A DNA stretch of 64,000 bases from an uncultured Spirochaetota bacterium. Lineage in GTDB: Bacteria > Spirochaetota > Spirochaetia > SZUA-6 > Fen-1364. Location: assembly GCA_963745235.1 (NCBI GenBank), contig CAVUXE010000029.1:137507-201506 (forward strand), read 5' to 3'. The notes under the pieces are model-generated. The model was not told the origin of the DNA. It saw only the letters and a list, made by a program, of their open reading frames with translations, and made no database searches. This document shows positions 30,360 to 40,288 of this stretch, piece after piece (the stretch's first letter is position 1; each line of letters starts with the position of its first letter). The position numbers and the translations under genes were made by a program.

Positions 30360-31644
30360 TTTCTGCCTCCTGTCTCTGCGCTTTTTCGAGCTTATTGTGA
30401 AGGAACGCCCGTTCCGTTTCGTTTTGCACGAGCCCAAGCGCCTCGCGATAGAACTCAGCGGCTTTCATCGGATCGCCGGCGCGCTCATGCAGCTCACCGA
30501 AAGTCGCCGGGAGCAGGTAGTACGACTGAAGGCCCGGTTCGCTCCTGATCTTTTCCAGCGCCGCCAGCCCGGCCGCGGGCCCCTCGAGCATGGCCACGGC
30601 AACCGCCCGGTTCAGCGCGGCAACGGGTGAGGGATGAAGATCCATGATCGCGTCATAGTAGAAGAGAATCCTGCGCCAGTCCGTATCCTGATACCTCGCG
30701 GCGGCCGCGTGGCATGCGCTGATGCCGGCGAGCAGGTGGTATTCGCTGAGAGTGTGTCCCGTGCCGGCGCGGCCGAGGTGCAGAAGCCCTTCCTGGATGA
30801 GCCGGTCGTTCCAGAGGGAACGGTCCTGCTCCGCCATCAGGAGGAGGTTCCCGTGAGGGTCGGTCCGCGTCTGAAACCGGGACGCCTGGAAAAGCATGAG
30901 GGCAAGGAGCGCGTGCACCTCGGGCCGGTCTCCGATGCGATGACCCGCCAGGAGCGTACACAGGCGGATGGCCTCCGCACACAGGTCCTCCCGAACAAGG
31001 TTGCGGCCTTCACCCACCGTGTAGCCGTCGTTGAACAGGAGATACAGTACCCGGAGCACGGCTTCGAGGCGGGGAGCGCAATACTCTGGAGGCGGAAGCG
31101 CGAAGGCCACCCGCTCCGCGGCCAGCCTTCTTTTCGCCCTGACCAGGCGCTGGGCAATTGTCTCCGGGGAGACGAGGAATGCGCGGGCAATCTCTGCGAC
31201 CCCGAAGCCGCTGACGGTCTTCAGTGTCAACGCTATCTGCGCTTCGCGGGACACCACGGGATGGCAGCACAGGAACATCATCGTGAGCTGGTCGTCCCCG
31301 AAGGGGTCCTCCAGGAACCGCTCCGGATCAGCAAAGACGGGGCTCCCCGCGCCTCCAGTCTTGCGGATCTTCCCGTGGAGAACCTTCTCCCGCCGCAGGA
31401 TATCGAGGGCCCGGTTCCGTGCAACCGTGGCAAGCCAGCCTCCCGGGTTGTCCGGCACGCCCCGGTAGGGCCATATCTGCAGCGCCGCCACAAGGGCCTC
31501 CTGGACGACATCCTCGGCGAGCTCAATGCGCTCCACGCCGAACAGGCGCGTCAGCATGGACACCAGCTCTCCCGCCTTGTGGCGGAAAAGGTTCCCGACA
31601 AGGCTCTCCACGGGCGCTTCCGCCGCGGCGGGGACAGTGGTCAC
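30346..31644 (-). CDS. ECF sigma factor with long C-terminal extension (YciI-associated type)
   Basis: AEDVVQEA, WLATVARNRALD, LCCHP, QRLVRAK, LYLLFNDGY, QDRSLWN, LNRAVA. Confidence 0.9.
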   Translation of the reverse strand: MTTVPAAAEAPVESLVGNLFRHKAGELVSMLTRLFGVERIELAEDVVQEALVAALQIWPYRGVPDNPGGWLATVARNRALDILRREKVLHGKIRKTGGAGSPVFADPERFLEDPFGDDQLTMMFLCCHPVVSREAQIALTLKTVSGFGVAEIARAFLVSPETIAQRLVRAKRRLAAERVAFALPPPEYCAPRLEAVLRVLYLLFNDGYTVGEGRNLVREDLCAEAIRLCTLLAGHRIGDRPEVHALLALMLFQASRFQTRTDPHGNLLLMAEQDRSLWNDRLIQEGLLHLGRAGTGHTLSEYHLLAGISACHAAAARYQDTDWRRILFYYDAIMDLHPSPVAALNRAVAVAMLEGPAAGLAALEKIRSEPGLQSYYLLPATFGELHERAGDPMKAAEFYREALGLVQNETERAFLHNKLEKAQRQEAENGAR

Positions 31645-32003
31645 TGCTCCCTCGCGTTGTCGGGATCTATTTCCCGGACCTCCACGGTGCCTCCGTAAGG
31701 ATAGATAGGGCACGCCTGGGCGAGCTTCGCGGCTTCGTCGTAGTCGTTGGCCTCCACGACAAAGTAGCCGCCGATTGTTTCCTTGGTCTCGGGATAGGGG
31801 CCGTCCATGACGATCCTGCCGTTGTCCATCCGCACGGTGCGCACCCCGTCGTCCTTGAGCTTTTCTCCCCCGCGCAGCCTGCCCTGGCTCATCAGGGAAC
31901 GAGCCCAGTCCTCGTACTTCTGGATGGTCCGCTGGATCTCCTCCGGAGCCATTTCCCGAAACCCGGCCGAGCTTCCCCGCATGAAAAAGATGTATTTCGC
32001 CAT
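31641..32003 (-). CDS. YciI (DGPF) family protein
   Basis: DGPYPETKETIGGYF, VEVREI. Confidence 0.9.
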   Translation of the reverse strand: MAKYIFFMRGSSAGFREMAPEEIQRTIQKYEDWARSLMSQGRLRGGEKLKDDGVRTVRMDNGRIVMDGPYPETKETIGGYFVVEANDYDEAAKLAQACPIYPYGGTVEVREIDPDNAREQ

Positions 32004-32045
32004 CTGCTTCCTCCCCCTGGACTCACCATGCGACTCACCCTGAAA

Positions 32046-32072
32046 GACGAACGCCGATGCCGAAAATCGACA
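32046..32072 (-). promoter_or_regulatory. ECF-type autoregulatory promoter
   Basis: Minus strand TGTCGATT...CGTTCGTC, the motif commonly seen upstream of yciI-ECF operons. Confidence 0.65.
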
Positions 32073-32083
32073 CCCAGGGCAGT

Positions 32084-33385
32084 TTATTTCCACGACCAGA
32101 ACGCCGAGTCGCCGGCGGTCAGGAACCGGGGTTTGGCGCTGCCGTCTGCTCGAGCAACGTACACCGCGGGGTCCCCGTGCGGGGAAAGCGCGGTGAACAC
32201 GATGCGGCTGCTGTCTGGCGACCAGATGGTGGCGGACCTCTGGTACTGGTCGAAGAAGGGGAGGATGCTGAGAAGGCCCCGCGTGGCCGGGAATCGAGCT
32301 ATGGTCCACGTCTTCGCGGTGGTCGCGTCGCAGCCCACAATCCTGAGGTTGAGCTGATCCGGGGAGGCCTGGAACAGGGGGTCCGTTCCGCCGGAAGTGT
32401 CCGGCACAATGAGCGCGAGCCTCCGTCCGTCCGGGGCCCAGAAGAATGCGAGCACGGGAGCTTCCGTCACCTTCGTGGACACCGGCGTGCCGCGCAAGGA
32501 GACGATGCTGAGGATTCCCTGCGGCACCGGCTGCACACGGAATGCCGCCAGGTAGGCCACGTGATTCCCGTCCGGCGCGAATCCGAAGTAGGCCGTGCCC
32601 GTGTCGGTGGCTATGGTGCGCTCGGCGGAGCCGTCGAGGCCGCGCACGCGCAGAGTGAACCCGCCGTCGCTGCCCGTGGCATATGCGATGCTCCTTCCGT
32701 CCGGAGATATATCCGGGGCCTGGAAGAGGTCCGTCTGGACCGGCATGTCGGTCCTGTGGGGGACCGGGTCAAGGGTGATCATGGAAAGCCGCTCCCCCAT
32801 TTTACTGCCGAGCTGCGCATTTGCATGCGCCGCCACTGAAGAGCTGTCTGCAAGCCAGTTCCAGTAGTAGGGCGCGCCCCAGTCCACCGCCGTGTACGCT
32901 TCCTGCCTGCCCGCCGGTGAGACGCCGAGCTCGAGGTCGCTTTCCCCCTTGACCTGGGACAGCAGGCTGATGCGCCGGGAATCAGGGGACCAGGAGAGGT
33001 AGAAAGGCACGATGCGGCGGGAGGAGAACAGGCGCACAGGCGCGCGGCCGCTGGCCCCGGCTGAGTAGAGCGACGCCTCCGAAACGTCCCCTGAATGAAT
33101 GACGAAACGGGAGAAGGCCAGGTGGTTGCCGTCCGGCGCCCAGGTCACGGCGGTGTACATGACGGAGGTCTCCGCCTGGGAGCCCGCATCCCCGGTGATT
33201 GCCTTGTTTCCCGTCCCCGCCTGGTCGATGACGTGCACGTTCCCATCCGGAGCAGTGAAGCTGATGAGGCCGGACCTTCTCTCCAGCAACCGCAGGAGCG
33301 GAACCTCCGCAAGGTTGACCCGGCATGATGCAAGGAGCCCGCATGCAAGCCCGAGGAACAGGAGGAGAGCCGCTCTTTGCCGCAT
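32084..33385 (-). CDS. TolB-like beta-propeller (PD40 repeat) lipoprotein
   Basis: LLASC lipobox; repeated WAPDG/WSPDS/ISPDG/FAPDG. Confidence 0.8.
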   Translation of the reverse strand: MRQRAALLLFLGLACGLLASCRVNLAEVPLLRLLERRSGLISFTAPDGNVHVIDQAGTGNKAITGDAGSQAETSVMYTAVTWAPDGNHLAFSRFVIHSGDVSEASLYSAGASGRAPVRLFSSRRIVPFYLSWSPDSRRISLLSQVKGESDLELGVSPAGRQEAYTAVDWGAPYYWNWLADSSSVAAHANAQLGSKMGERLSMITLDPVPHRTDMPVQTDLFQAPDISPDGRSIAYATGSDGGFTLRVRGLDGSAERTIATDTGTAYFGFAPDGNHVAYLAAFRVQPVPQGILSIVSLRGTPVSTKVTEAPVLAFFWAPDGRRLALIVPDTSGGTDPLFQASPDQLNLRIVGCDATTAKTWTIARFPATRGLLSILPFFDQYQRSATIWSPDSSRIVFTALSPHGDPAVYVARADGSAKPRFLTAGDSAFWSWK

Positions 33386-33400
33386 CAAGGCAAAGATACT

Positions 33401-34204
33401 TCAGAAAATGTCGACCGACCCCACCCCTGTTTCCACGAGGATTTCCAACCTGTTGGCCGCCCTGTCATAGTCAGGCGACCGGTAGCCCCCGCCCGCCTGG
33501 GGAAACCTCGCCTGGTCCACGTGAACGCCGGCCAGCGCGCTTCGCACCTGGATGGCCGCGGAGACTCCCTGGGGGACATGCAGTCTCACGGCGGCGGCCC
33601 CGGATTCCACCATCACGCGGGTGAGTCCCGCCGAGGCGGGCAGGTCTACAGTGGTCGAGCTGGCTCCCGTCTTCACGCGAAGCTCCCGGACCTGCAGTGC
33701 CGTCAGGCTGAGCCTGCTCTCGCTTGCCCCGGTCTCCAGGCTCAGGGTCAACGGGATGCCCATGGCAAGGGTGAAGTCCCAGTCCAGAAGCCCTGCCCAT
33801 CCCCGGGTCCAGGGAAAGATGTAATGCGAAACGTCCCTGTCCTTCACGCGCATGTCAAGGATCAGGTGGTCCCCCTCACGCCTGCGTGATGCATCAAGCC
33901 CTCCTCCAAAGGTGCCCGCGAGGAGAAGGTCGTTCGCCGCGGCCAGCCCGCCGCCGATCAGCAGGCGCCCCGCGCCGTGGTGCACCGTTACTGAGGCTTC
34001 TTTTGCTCCTTCCAGCGGAATGGAGACCTGCTCCCGGGGAACGCGGCCAGGACCGCCGCGGTTCCACCCGGATATCAGCCAGAGCCCAGCGCCGATCAGG
34101 ATGAGGGGCCAGAAGATCCATCCGATGCCAAGCACGATCTGGAGGAGGGCGGAGACGCCGATCAGGATGAGGACGATCCCGATGACGACACTCCAGCGCC
34201 TCAT
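33401..34204 (-). CDS. LiaF/DUF4097-related membrane protein with beta-repeat domain
   Basis: Two TM helices with WPLILIG, followed by ETGAS/KTGAS/ESGAA repeats. Confidence 0.7.
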   Translation of the reverse strand: MRRWSVVIGIVLILIGVSALLQIVLGIGWIFWPLILIGAGLWLISGWNRGGPGRVPREQVSIPLEGAKEASVTVHHGAGRLLIGGGLAAANDLLLAGTFGGGLDASRRREGDHLILDMRVKDRDVSHYIFPWTRGWAGLLDWDFTLAMGIPLTLSLETGASESRLSLTALQVRELRVKTGASSTTVDLPASAGLTRVMVESGAAAVRLHVPQGVSAAIQVRSALAGVHVDQARFPQAGGGYRSPDYDRAANRLEILVETGVGSVDIF

Positions 34205-34716
34205 TGCTTCTGGCTCCTTCCCCGTCTGACGAGGGGACGCAGGAGGACAAGGACCCCGATCACGATCAGCACCACGGCCCACCATGGTCCGAGCCAGGGC
34301 AGACGGCCGAAGAAAGAGCCGAAGAGGAAGAACAGCAGCAGGCCGATGAGCACGGGCCATCCCCCATCCACGATCCCCTTGAGAGGTCGTCCTTCCATGG
34401 ATTCATTGAGAAAGACGCCGACGCCGCTGAACGCCGGGATCAGGGCCCACGCGTATGACCACGTGTCCCACGCGCCGGTCTGGTTCTGCCAATACAGGAT
34501 GGCGCCAATGCCGCCAATGACGCACGCCGGCACCATGAGCCCCGGCGTCCAGGTTGCAAGGGCGATGACCAGGAAGACTATCCCGACCCCAATGATGATG
34601 GACGGCCAGGAGTAGGCGCCGAAGAAGCCCGGTGCGAAGCGCGTGACGAGGAAGAAGACCCCCAGCGCAATGAGGAGAGCCCCCACAACGATGGCGGATT
34701 TCGAACGTCCCTCCAT
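34201..34716 (-). CDS. LiaF-like (DUF5668-type) multi-TM protein
   Basis: WPSIIIGVG, WDTWSYAWALIP, WWAVVLIVIG; overlaps the downstream gene. Confidence 0.65.
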   Translation of the reverse strand: MEGRSKSAIVVGALLIALGVFFLVTRFAPGFFGAYSWPSIIIGVGIVFLVIALATWTPGLMVPACVIGGIGAILYWQNQTGAWDTWSYAWALIPAFSGVGVFLNESMEGRPLKGIVDGGWPVLIGLLLFFLFGSFFGRLPWLGPWWAVVLIVIGVLVLLRPLVRRGRSQKQ

Positions 34717-34800
34717 ATCTGCCTCCTTGTTCTTGGCTCCGTCCCAGTATAGCCGCCGCGCCGGCGGGTGTCGAGGCCGCGACATTTTTCTTTGACTCCC

Positions 34801-34829
34801 TTGACATGCGCGATTTCTTTCCATAGTCT
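34801..34829 (+). promoter_or_regulatory. Putative sigma70 promoter of hppA
   Basis: TTGACA-17bp-TAGTCT. Confidence 0.6.
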
Positions 34830-34834
34830 ACCAT

Positions 34835-34952
34835 GGGTTCTTTGATCGCCGACGAGGCATGTCGGTGCGGGACCTCGGGTCTGCCGGCGGGCGGTTCGGC
34901 TGCATCCCCAAGAAGAAGAGCGTTATTCTTTTCCCCGAACCCAGCCGGACCC
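34835..34952 (+). ncRNA. Candidate cis-regulatory leader of hppA (partial resemblance to the Na+-I/DUF1646 riboswitch)
   Basis: ggttc/ggacc and cgccgac/gtcggtg stems, then a long second stem; gggttc could alternatively pair with gaaccc. Confidence 0.4.
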
Positions 34953-34980
34953 TTGTCATTTTCCTGCGTGGAGGAAACTC

Positions 34981-37263
34981 ATGTCTCACCTGTCGAATGC
35001 AACGATGTTCGAGACCGTCTCCCTCTGGGTGGTGCTTGGCATTGCCGTCCTCGGGCTTCTCTATGCGCTCCTTCTGCGCAAGCAGGTCCTGCGCAACGAC
35101 AAGGGCAGCTCGCAGATGCAGCTCATCTGGAACGCCATCCGTGAAGGCGCTGACGCCTACCTGGGGCGGCAGCTGCGGACCATCATTCCGCTGATCCTCA
35201 TTCTGACTGTCGTTCTTTTCCTCTCCGTCTTCGTCGTGGCACCGAGCGAGGCGGCCAGCGCCCGGTTTGCAGGCTACGCGGACGGGCAGATCAGGCTGTT
35301 CGTCGGATTTGCGAGGGCAATTGCCTTCATCATGGGGGCAGTCTTCTCCCTCCTCGTCGGGCAGTTCGGCATGCGCATGGCGGTGCAGGGCAACGTCCGT
35401 GTCGCCGCCGCGGCTCGCACCAGCTTCGCGGATGCCCTGAAGATTGCGTACCGGTCGGGGACCATCACGGGGATGCTGACCGACGGCCTCGGGCTCCTGG
35501 GCGGAACGGCCATTTTCCTCTACATGGGGATGGACGCCCCGGATGCTCTTCTGGGCTTCGGCTTCGGCGGGACCCTCCTGGCTCTCTTCATGAGGGTTGG
35601 GGGAGGCATCTACACGAAGGCCGCTGACGTCGGCGCGGACCTCGTGGGCAAAGTGGAAGCGGGCATGCCGGAGGATGACCCGCGCAACGCCGCGGTCATC
35701 GCGGACCTGGTCGGTGACAACGTCGGTGACTGCGCCGGAATGGCCGCGGACATTTTCGAGTCCTACGAGGTAACCATCGTCTCGGGATTGATCCTCGGCG
35801 TGGCGCTGGTCATGGCCACAGGAGACTTGAAGTGGATCATCTTCCCGCTGCTCGTGCGCGGGATCGGCGTCCTTTCCTCCATCGTCGGCACCTACCTGGT
35901 GCGGGGAAGCAAGAAGGCAGGGGGAAACGAGAACGCCCTCGCCTCGATCAACAGGGGCTTCTATTCGTCGGCGGCCATCTCCCTCGTTGCATTCTTCATC
36001 CTGGCCATGCTCTACATGCACGAGTGGCGCGCGTTCCTCTCCGTGGCCGTTGGTATCATCCTGGCAATCGCTCTTGATGAGCTGACCAAGTACTTCACGG
36101 ACACACACCACAAGCCGGTCAAGGACATTGCGGCGGCAACCAGAACGGGACCCGCAACCGTCATCCTGCGCGGCCTCGTGGTCGGCTTCGAGGCGACAGT
36201 CTGGCAGGCCATCGTGATCGGTCTGACAATCCTCGCCGCCGTTCTCATCTACTGGGGCCAGGACGTCGTCTACGTCCTGTACGGCGTGGCCATGACGGGC
36301 ATCGGGATGCTGACCCTGACGGGCAACAACGTCGCCATGGACTCCTTCGGCCCCATCTGCGACAACGCGAACGGGATCGGAGAAATGGCCGGGCTGGACC
36401 AGAAGGCCCGGCAGATCATGGCGGACCTGGATGCGGTGGGGAACACGACCAAGGCCATCACCAAGGGCGTTGCAATCGGCTCCGCGGTCATTGCCGCCGT
36501 GTCGCTCTTCGGATCGTTTCTCACGGACGTGTCCCTGGTGCAGAAGACTCTCGGGTTTGCAAAGGAGACCTGGCTGACCGTGACGGGCATCCGGATCTCG
36601 GTGCCGAATGTCTTCATTGGCATGCTCATCGGAGGCACCATCCCGTGGCTGTTCTCCTCCCTCACCGTCAACTCGGTGGCGCGCGCCGCCGGGCTGATCG
36701 TGGAAGAGGTCCGGCGCCAGTTCAAGATCCCCGGCCTCCTCGAGGGCAAGGTCAAGCCTGACTACGGCCAGACAGTATCCCTGTGCACCAAGGCCGCGCA
36801 GCGGGAGCTCATTCCGTTGGCCCTGATCGCGGTCCTTTCCCCCATCGCCGTGGGGCTTCTCCTGCACGTCGAGGCCCTGGGCGGCTTCCTCGCGGGAGTC
36901 ATCCTCTCCGGCCAGCTGCTGGCGGTCTTCATGGCCACCTCCGGCGGCGCGTGGGACAACGCGAAGAAGACAATTGAGGACGGCCTGTACGGCGGCAAGG
37001 GATCGGAAGCGCACAAGGCCTCAGTCATCGGCGACACGGTCGGAGATCCCCTCAAGGACACCTCGGGTCCGGCCCTCAACCCGATGATCAAGGTCATCAA
37101 CCTCGTGTCCCTTCTTGCGGCGCCCCTTCTCATCTCGCTCACAATGTCCGTCGGCGTGGCAATTGCGGGAGCCGTGTGCGTCGTGATCATCCTCGGCTCC
37201 TTCTGGTTCTCCAAGCGGGGAGGATTTGCCCGGGCGGCGGGAAAGAGCGCGGCGAACTTTTGA
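34981..37263 (+). CDS. hppA: Membrane-bound pyrophosphatase, K+-independent type
   Basis: GGGIYTKAADVGADLVGKVE, EDDPRN, DNVGDCAG, GNTTKAITKG (Lys determinant), GDTVGDPLKDTSGPALN. Confidence 0.95.
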   Translation: MSHLSNATMFETVSLWVVLGIAVLGLLYALLLRKQVLRNDKGSSQMQLIWNAIREGADAYLGRQLRTIIPLILILTVVLFLSVFVVAPSEAASARFAGYADGQIRLFVGFARAIAFIMGAVFSLLVGQFGMRMAVQGNVRVAAAARTSFADALKIAYRSGTITGMLTDGLGLLGGTAIFLYMGMDAPDALLGFGFGGTLLALFMRVGGGIYTKAADVGADLVGKVEAGMPEDDPRNAAVIADLVGDNVGDCAGMAADIFESYEVTIVSGLILGVALVMATGDLKWIIFPLLVRGIGVLSSIVGTYLVRGSKKAGGNENALASINRGFYSSAAISLVAFFILAMLYMHEWRAFLSVAVGIILAIALDELTKYFTDTHHKPVKDIAAATRTGPATVILRGLVVGFEATVWQAIVIGLTILAAVLIYWGQDVVYVLYGVAMTGIGMLTLTGNNVAMDSFGPICDNANGIGEMAGLDQKARQIMADLDAVGNTTKAITKGVAIGSAVIAAVSLFGSFLTDVSLVQKTLGFAKETWLTVTGIRISVPNVFIGMLIGGTIPWLFSSLTVNSVARAAGLIVEEVRRQFKIPGLLEGKVKPDYGQTVSLCTKAAQRELIPLALIAVLSPIAVGLLLHVEALGGFLAGVILSGQLLAVFMATSGGAWDNAKKTIEDGLYGGKGSEAHKASVIGDTVGDPLKDTSGPALNPMIKVINLVSLLAAPLLISLTMSVGVAIAGAVCVVIILGSFWFSKRGGFARAAGKSAANF

Positions 37264-37354
37264 AGCCGGAGACGGCGTACTCGCTGAACGGGTGTTCCCG
37301 TATGGCGAGGCCACCCGCGTGGTGCATCGCCGAGGGGTCGGTTGAGGACGGCGC

Positions 37355-37984
37355 GTGGGGATAACGGAGGCAATTGCCGGGCTCGGGACGACAATCGTCG
37401 GGAGCATCGGCTATGGGGGGGTCTTCCTCCTCATGGTTGCGGAGAGCATGGTGCTCCCGGTGCCCAGCGAAGCCGTCATGCCTTTTGCGGGTTTCCTGGT
37501 GGCGGACATGGCGCTGGCGCCGGGCTGGGTCATCGTGTCCGCCACGCTGGGAAGCATCGTCGGGTCACTGATCGGCTACGCGATTGGCAGGTTCGGGGGG
37601 AGGCCGTTCGTGTCGCGGTGGGGCAGGTTCCTGTTGCTGGACCAGCGGGACCTTGCCTGGACAGACCGCTTCTTCCAGTCCCGGGGAGGCGTGACCATCC
37701 TGGTGAGCAGGTTCATCCCCATTGTGCGTCACCTCATCTCCATACCGGCGGGCATCGGGAGGATGCGGCTTCCCGGCTTCATCATTTTCACCATCCTGGG
37801 AGCCGGCCTCTGGAACTCGTTCCTTACCTGGTGCGGCTACACGCTGAAGCGAAACTGGAACACCGTGTTGCGCTTCAGCCACGTCATCGACATCGCGGTG
37901 GTCCTCATCCTTGCGCTTCTCCTTGCGGTGTACCTGTTCCGCCATCTGCGGAGGGAACCGGCAGGTCCTCCATCAGCGCCTTGA
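37355..37984 (+). CDS. DedA family membrane protein
   Basis: ESMVLPVPSEAVMPFAG, SRFIPIVRHLISIPAG. Confidence 0.92.
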   Translation: MGITEAIAGLGTTIVGSIGYGGVFLLMVAESMVLPVPSEAVMPFAGFLVADMALAPGWVIVSATLGSIVGSLIGYAIGRFGGRPFVSRWGRFLLLDQRDLAWTDRFFQSRGGVTILVSRFIPIVRHLISIPAGIGRMRLPGFIIFTILGAGLWNSFLTWCGYTLKRNWNTVLRFSHVIDIAVVLILALLLAVYLFRHLRREPAGPPSAP

Positions 37985-38919
37985 TCTGACCCAGCTTCAT
38001 GCCGCGCGCGGCAGCCGGGCAGGTACAGGAGCGTCGAGTCCCGCCGGCGGACCAGGGGGAACAACTTCATGGCGCGAAGGCCCTCTTCCGTCACCGCGGC
38101 ATTCTCCAGCAGCCATTTTCCCAGCGGTGTGTCCGCCGGCGAAAGCCGTGTTGCATCTCCCGTGTAGACATAATCCGGCATGTCGAACATCGCCATGAGG
38201 TGATTCGAGGAAAGGTGATACGTGCGGCGGATCCTTTCCGACCACACCAGCGAATCCAGCCTCTCCCCGTCGATGAGCGGCGTCTCGGATCTTGATGTAA
38301 TCTCCTTGAAGATCGTCTCGTTGGAATCCTCGAAGAAACGGTTCGCCCCGTCGCGGGAGCGCGCCACCACGGCAAAGACGTTGGCCGGCGGCGCGTGGCG
38401 CTTGACGATTGCCGGCAGGTTCGGGTTCACCACGATTGCCCCTGCCAGCTTCTTGAAGGATTGCCCGCAGCAGCCCAGGTAGTCCGCGGTCGGGACGATG
38501 GTCTCGAACAGGTCTTCCTCGCTCATCCCCAGGGCCCTGGCGGCCTCGAAGGAGCCCAGGAGCCGAAGATCATCCACGGGCTGGTGGAAATGCCGCTCAA
38601 TACGCGCGCCTATCTCAGGGAAGCGCGCCAGCTCACCTCGCGGGTCGCGGGCAAACCTGAACTGGGCGGGGTAGTGGCGCTGCAGAATGGAGTCGCGCGC
38701 GAAGATGCTTCCCGGGAGGTTGGCGCAGTAGATGATCTTGCCATGAGCCCGAAGCCCCGAAAGGATTGCCCTTTCGTACGCCACGTTGTTCGTTTCAGGC
38801 CGAACATAGACCATTGTGTATGCTGAATCGTCCCCGCAATCCGCAAAACCGCTCTCCCCCCGGGGATAGGGGATGATGATGTCGGGCTTTACGGCCGGAC
38901 TGGTGGAATGCGCCCCCAC
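37837..38919 (-). CDS. Hypothetical protein, possible remote NDK-like fold; C-terminus probably frameshifted near 38020
   Basis: Long ORF with protein-like composition; VYVRP, RHY, YHLSSN motifs; start uncertain (GTG 38919). Confidence 0.6.
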   Translation of the reverse strand: MGAHSTSPAVKPDIIIPYPRGESGFADCGDDSAYTMVYVRPETNNVAYERAILSGLRAHGKIIYCANLPGSIFARDSILQRHYPAQFRFARDPRGELARFPEIGARIERHFHQPVDDLRLLGSFEAARALGMSEEDLFETIVPTADYLGCCGQSFKKLAGAIVVNPNLPAIVKRHAPPANVFAVVARSRDGANRFFEDSNETIFKEITSRSETPLIDGERLDSLVWSERIRRTYHLSSNHLMAMFDMPDYVYTGDATRLSPADTPLGKWLLENAAVTEEGLRAMKLFPLVRRRDSTLLYLPGCRARHEAGSDQGADGGPAGSLRRWRNRYTARRSARMRTTAMSMTWLKRNTVFQFRFSV

Positions 38920-39009
38920 AATGGTAAGGTGGCGCTCGCGAAGCCCGATGTCAAGGCAAACGGGCGTTTCGCCTTGACCGGACATCCCGCGCGGCATTAT
39001 ACACGTCTC

Positions 39010-40288
39010 ATGGCCGAGCACGCACGCACGGAGGCGGGCGACGCTCCACTCCCTCTGGAAAGCCACGTTCCTCGTGTCCCTTCCCTTCGGCGTGCTTTCC
39101 TTTGCCCTGCCGATCTACGGCAGAATGCTCAAGGCATCGGCATTCGAGATCGGGGCGCTCTTCTCCGCGGCGGCTTTCTTCCCGGTCATCGTGCGGCCAT
39201 TCCTGGGGCGTTTCCTGGACCGGCACGGCCGCCGGCCTTTCCTCCTGGCCGGCCTGGCCGCCTATGCAGTTTCCATGGCGCTGCTCTGCGCGGCAAAGAC
39301 GGTCCTCGTGCTCGGCATCGGCCGCTTTGTCCAGGGCATGGGCCAGGCCCTTCTCTGGATGTCCGCGTATGCCATCGTGGCGGACCTCTCCCGGGCGGAC
39401 GGACGGGGCAGGGGCTTCGGCGCCATTGATGAGGCCACGAACAGGGGCGCCCTTTTCGGCGTCCTGCCGGGTCTCCTGGCCATGGTCCTCATGCAGTTTG
39501 CGGGCCTCTCCTGGCAGCTCGCCTGGCCGGTCCTGTTCGGCGGGTACGCGCTTGCCGCCTGCTGCGGCCTTCTCCTCGGGACGAGGCGCATCGGGGAAAC
39601 GCGACCCGCGGCGGGGCGAAGGATCACCTCGCGCCCCCTCTCCTTGCAGATTGCGGCGCTCATGGGGATCGTGTTCATCACCGGGGCTTCCACCGCCATG
39701 GTCTGGCCCATCATCGTGATTTTTCTCCAGGATAAGCTGGGAGCAAGCGCCATAACACTCGCTCTCGCCTACCTTCCGGCCGCGCTCGTCTCGAGCTTTC
39801 TTCCCTCGCGGCTGGGGAGGATCACGGACCGCTTCGGCCGCAGGCCGGTGATGGCCGTTGGCCTCGCCATCGGCGCCGTCGCCTCCGCCCTGATTCCGCA
39901 GCTTTCAAGCCTCATCCTGCTCGCGCTGTTGTGGGGAGTGGATTCCCTGGGTTACACGGCCTCGTTTCCCGCCGAGCGCGCGTTTGTTGCCGACATTGCC
40001 GGAAGCGACGCGCGGGGCACGAGCTACGGCCTGTATACGTTTGCCTACTTCCTGGGGACTGCCATTGGCCCGCTCGCGGGCGGCTGGCTCTATGACGCTC
40101 TCGGAAGGGCTTCGCCCTTCTACGCGAACAGCGTGATGCTTCTGGCCGCCGCTGTCCTGGTCATGACCCTGCTTCGGGAGCCTGCGCCAGGCATCGTGAA
40201 AGAGCCTGGACTGCCTCCTCGACTGCCTGGGCCACTTCAGGAGTCAGCCCGGCGTCGAATTCCAGGGACCGGGGCTGGATCCCCATGA
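39010..40288 (+). CDS. MFS transporter (probable frameshift near the N-terminus)
   Basis: GRFLDRHGRR and GRITDRFGRR motif A copies, about 12 TM helices. Confidence 0.88.

Noticed and set aside
40161-40288. 128-bp convergent overlap of the MFS gene and hycI (similar overlaps at 37837-37984 and 53343-53404)
   Set aside because: Tails are low-complexity and may result from frameshift errors or start miscalls
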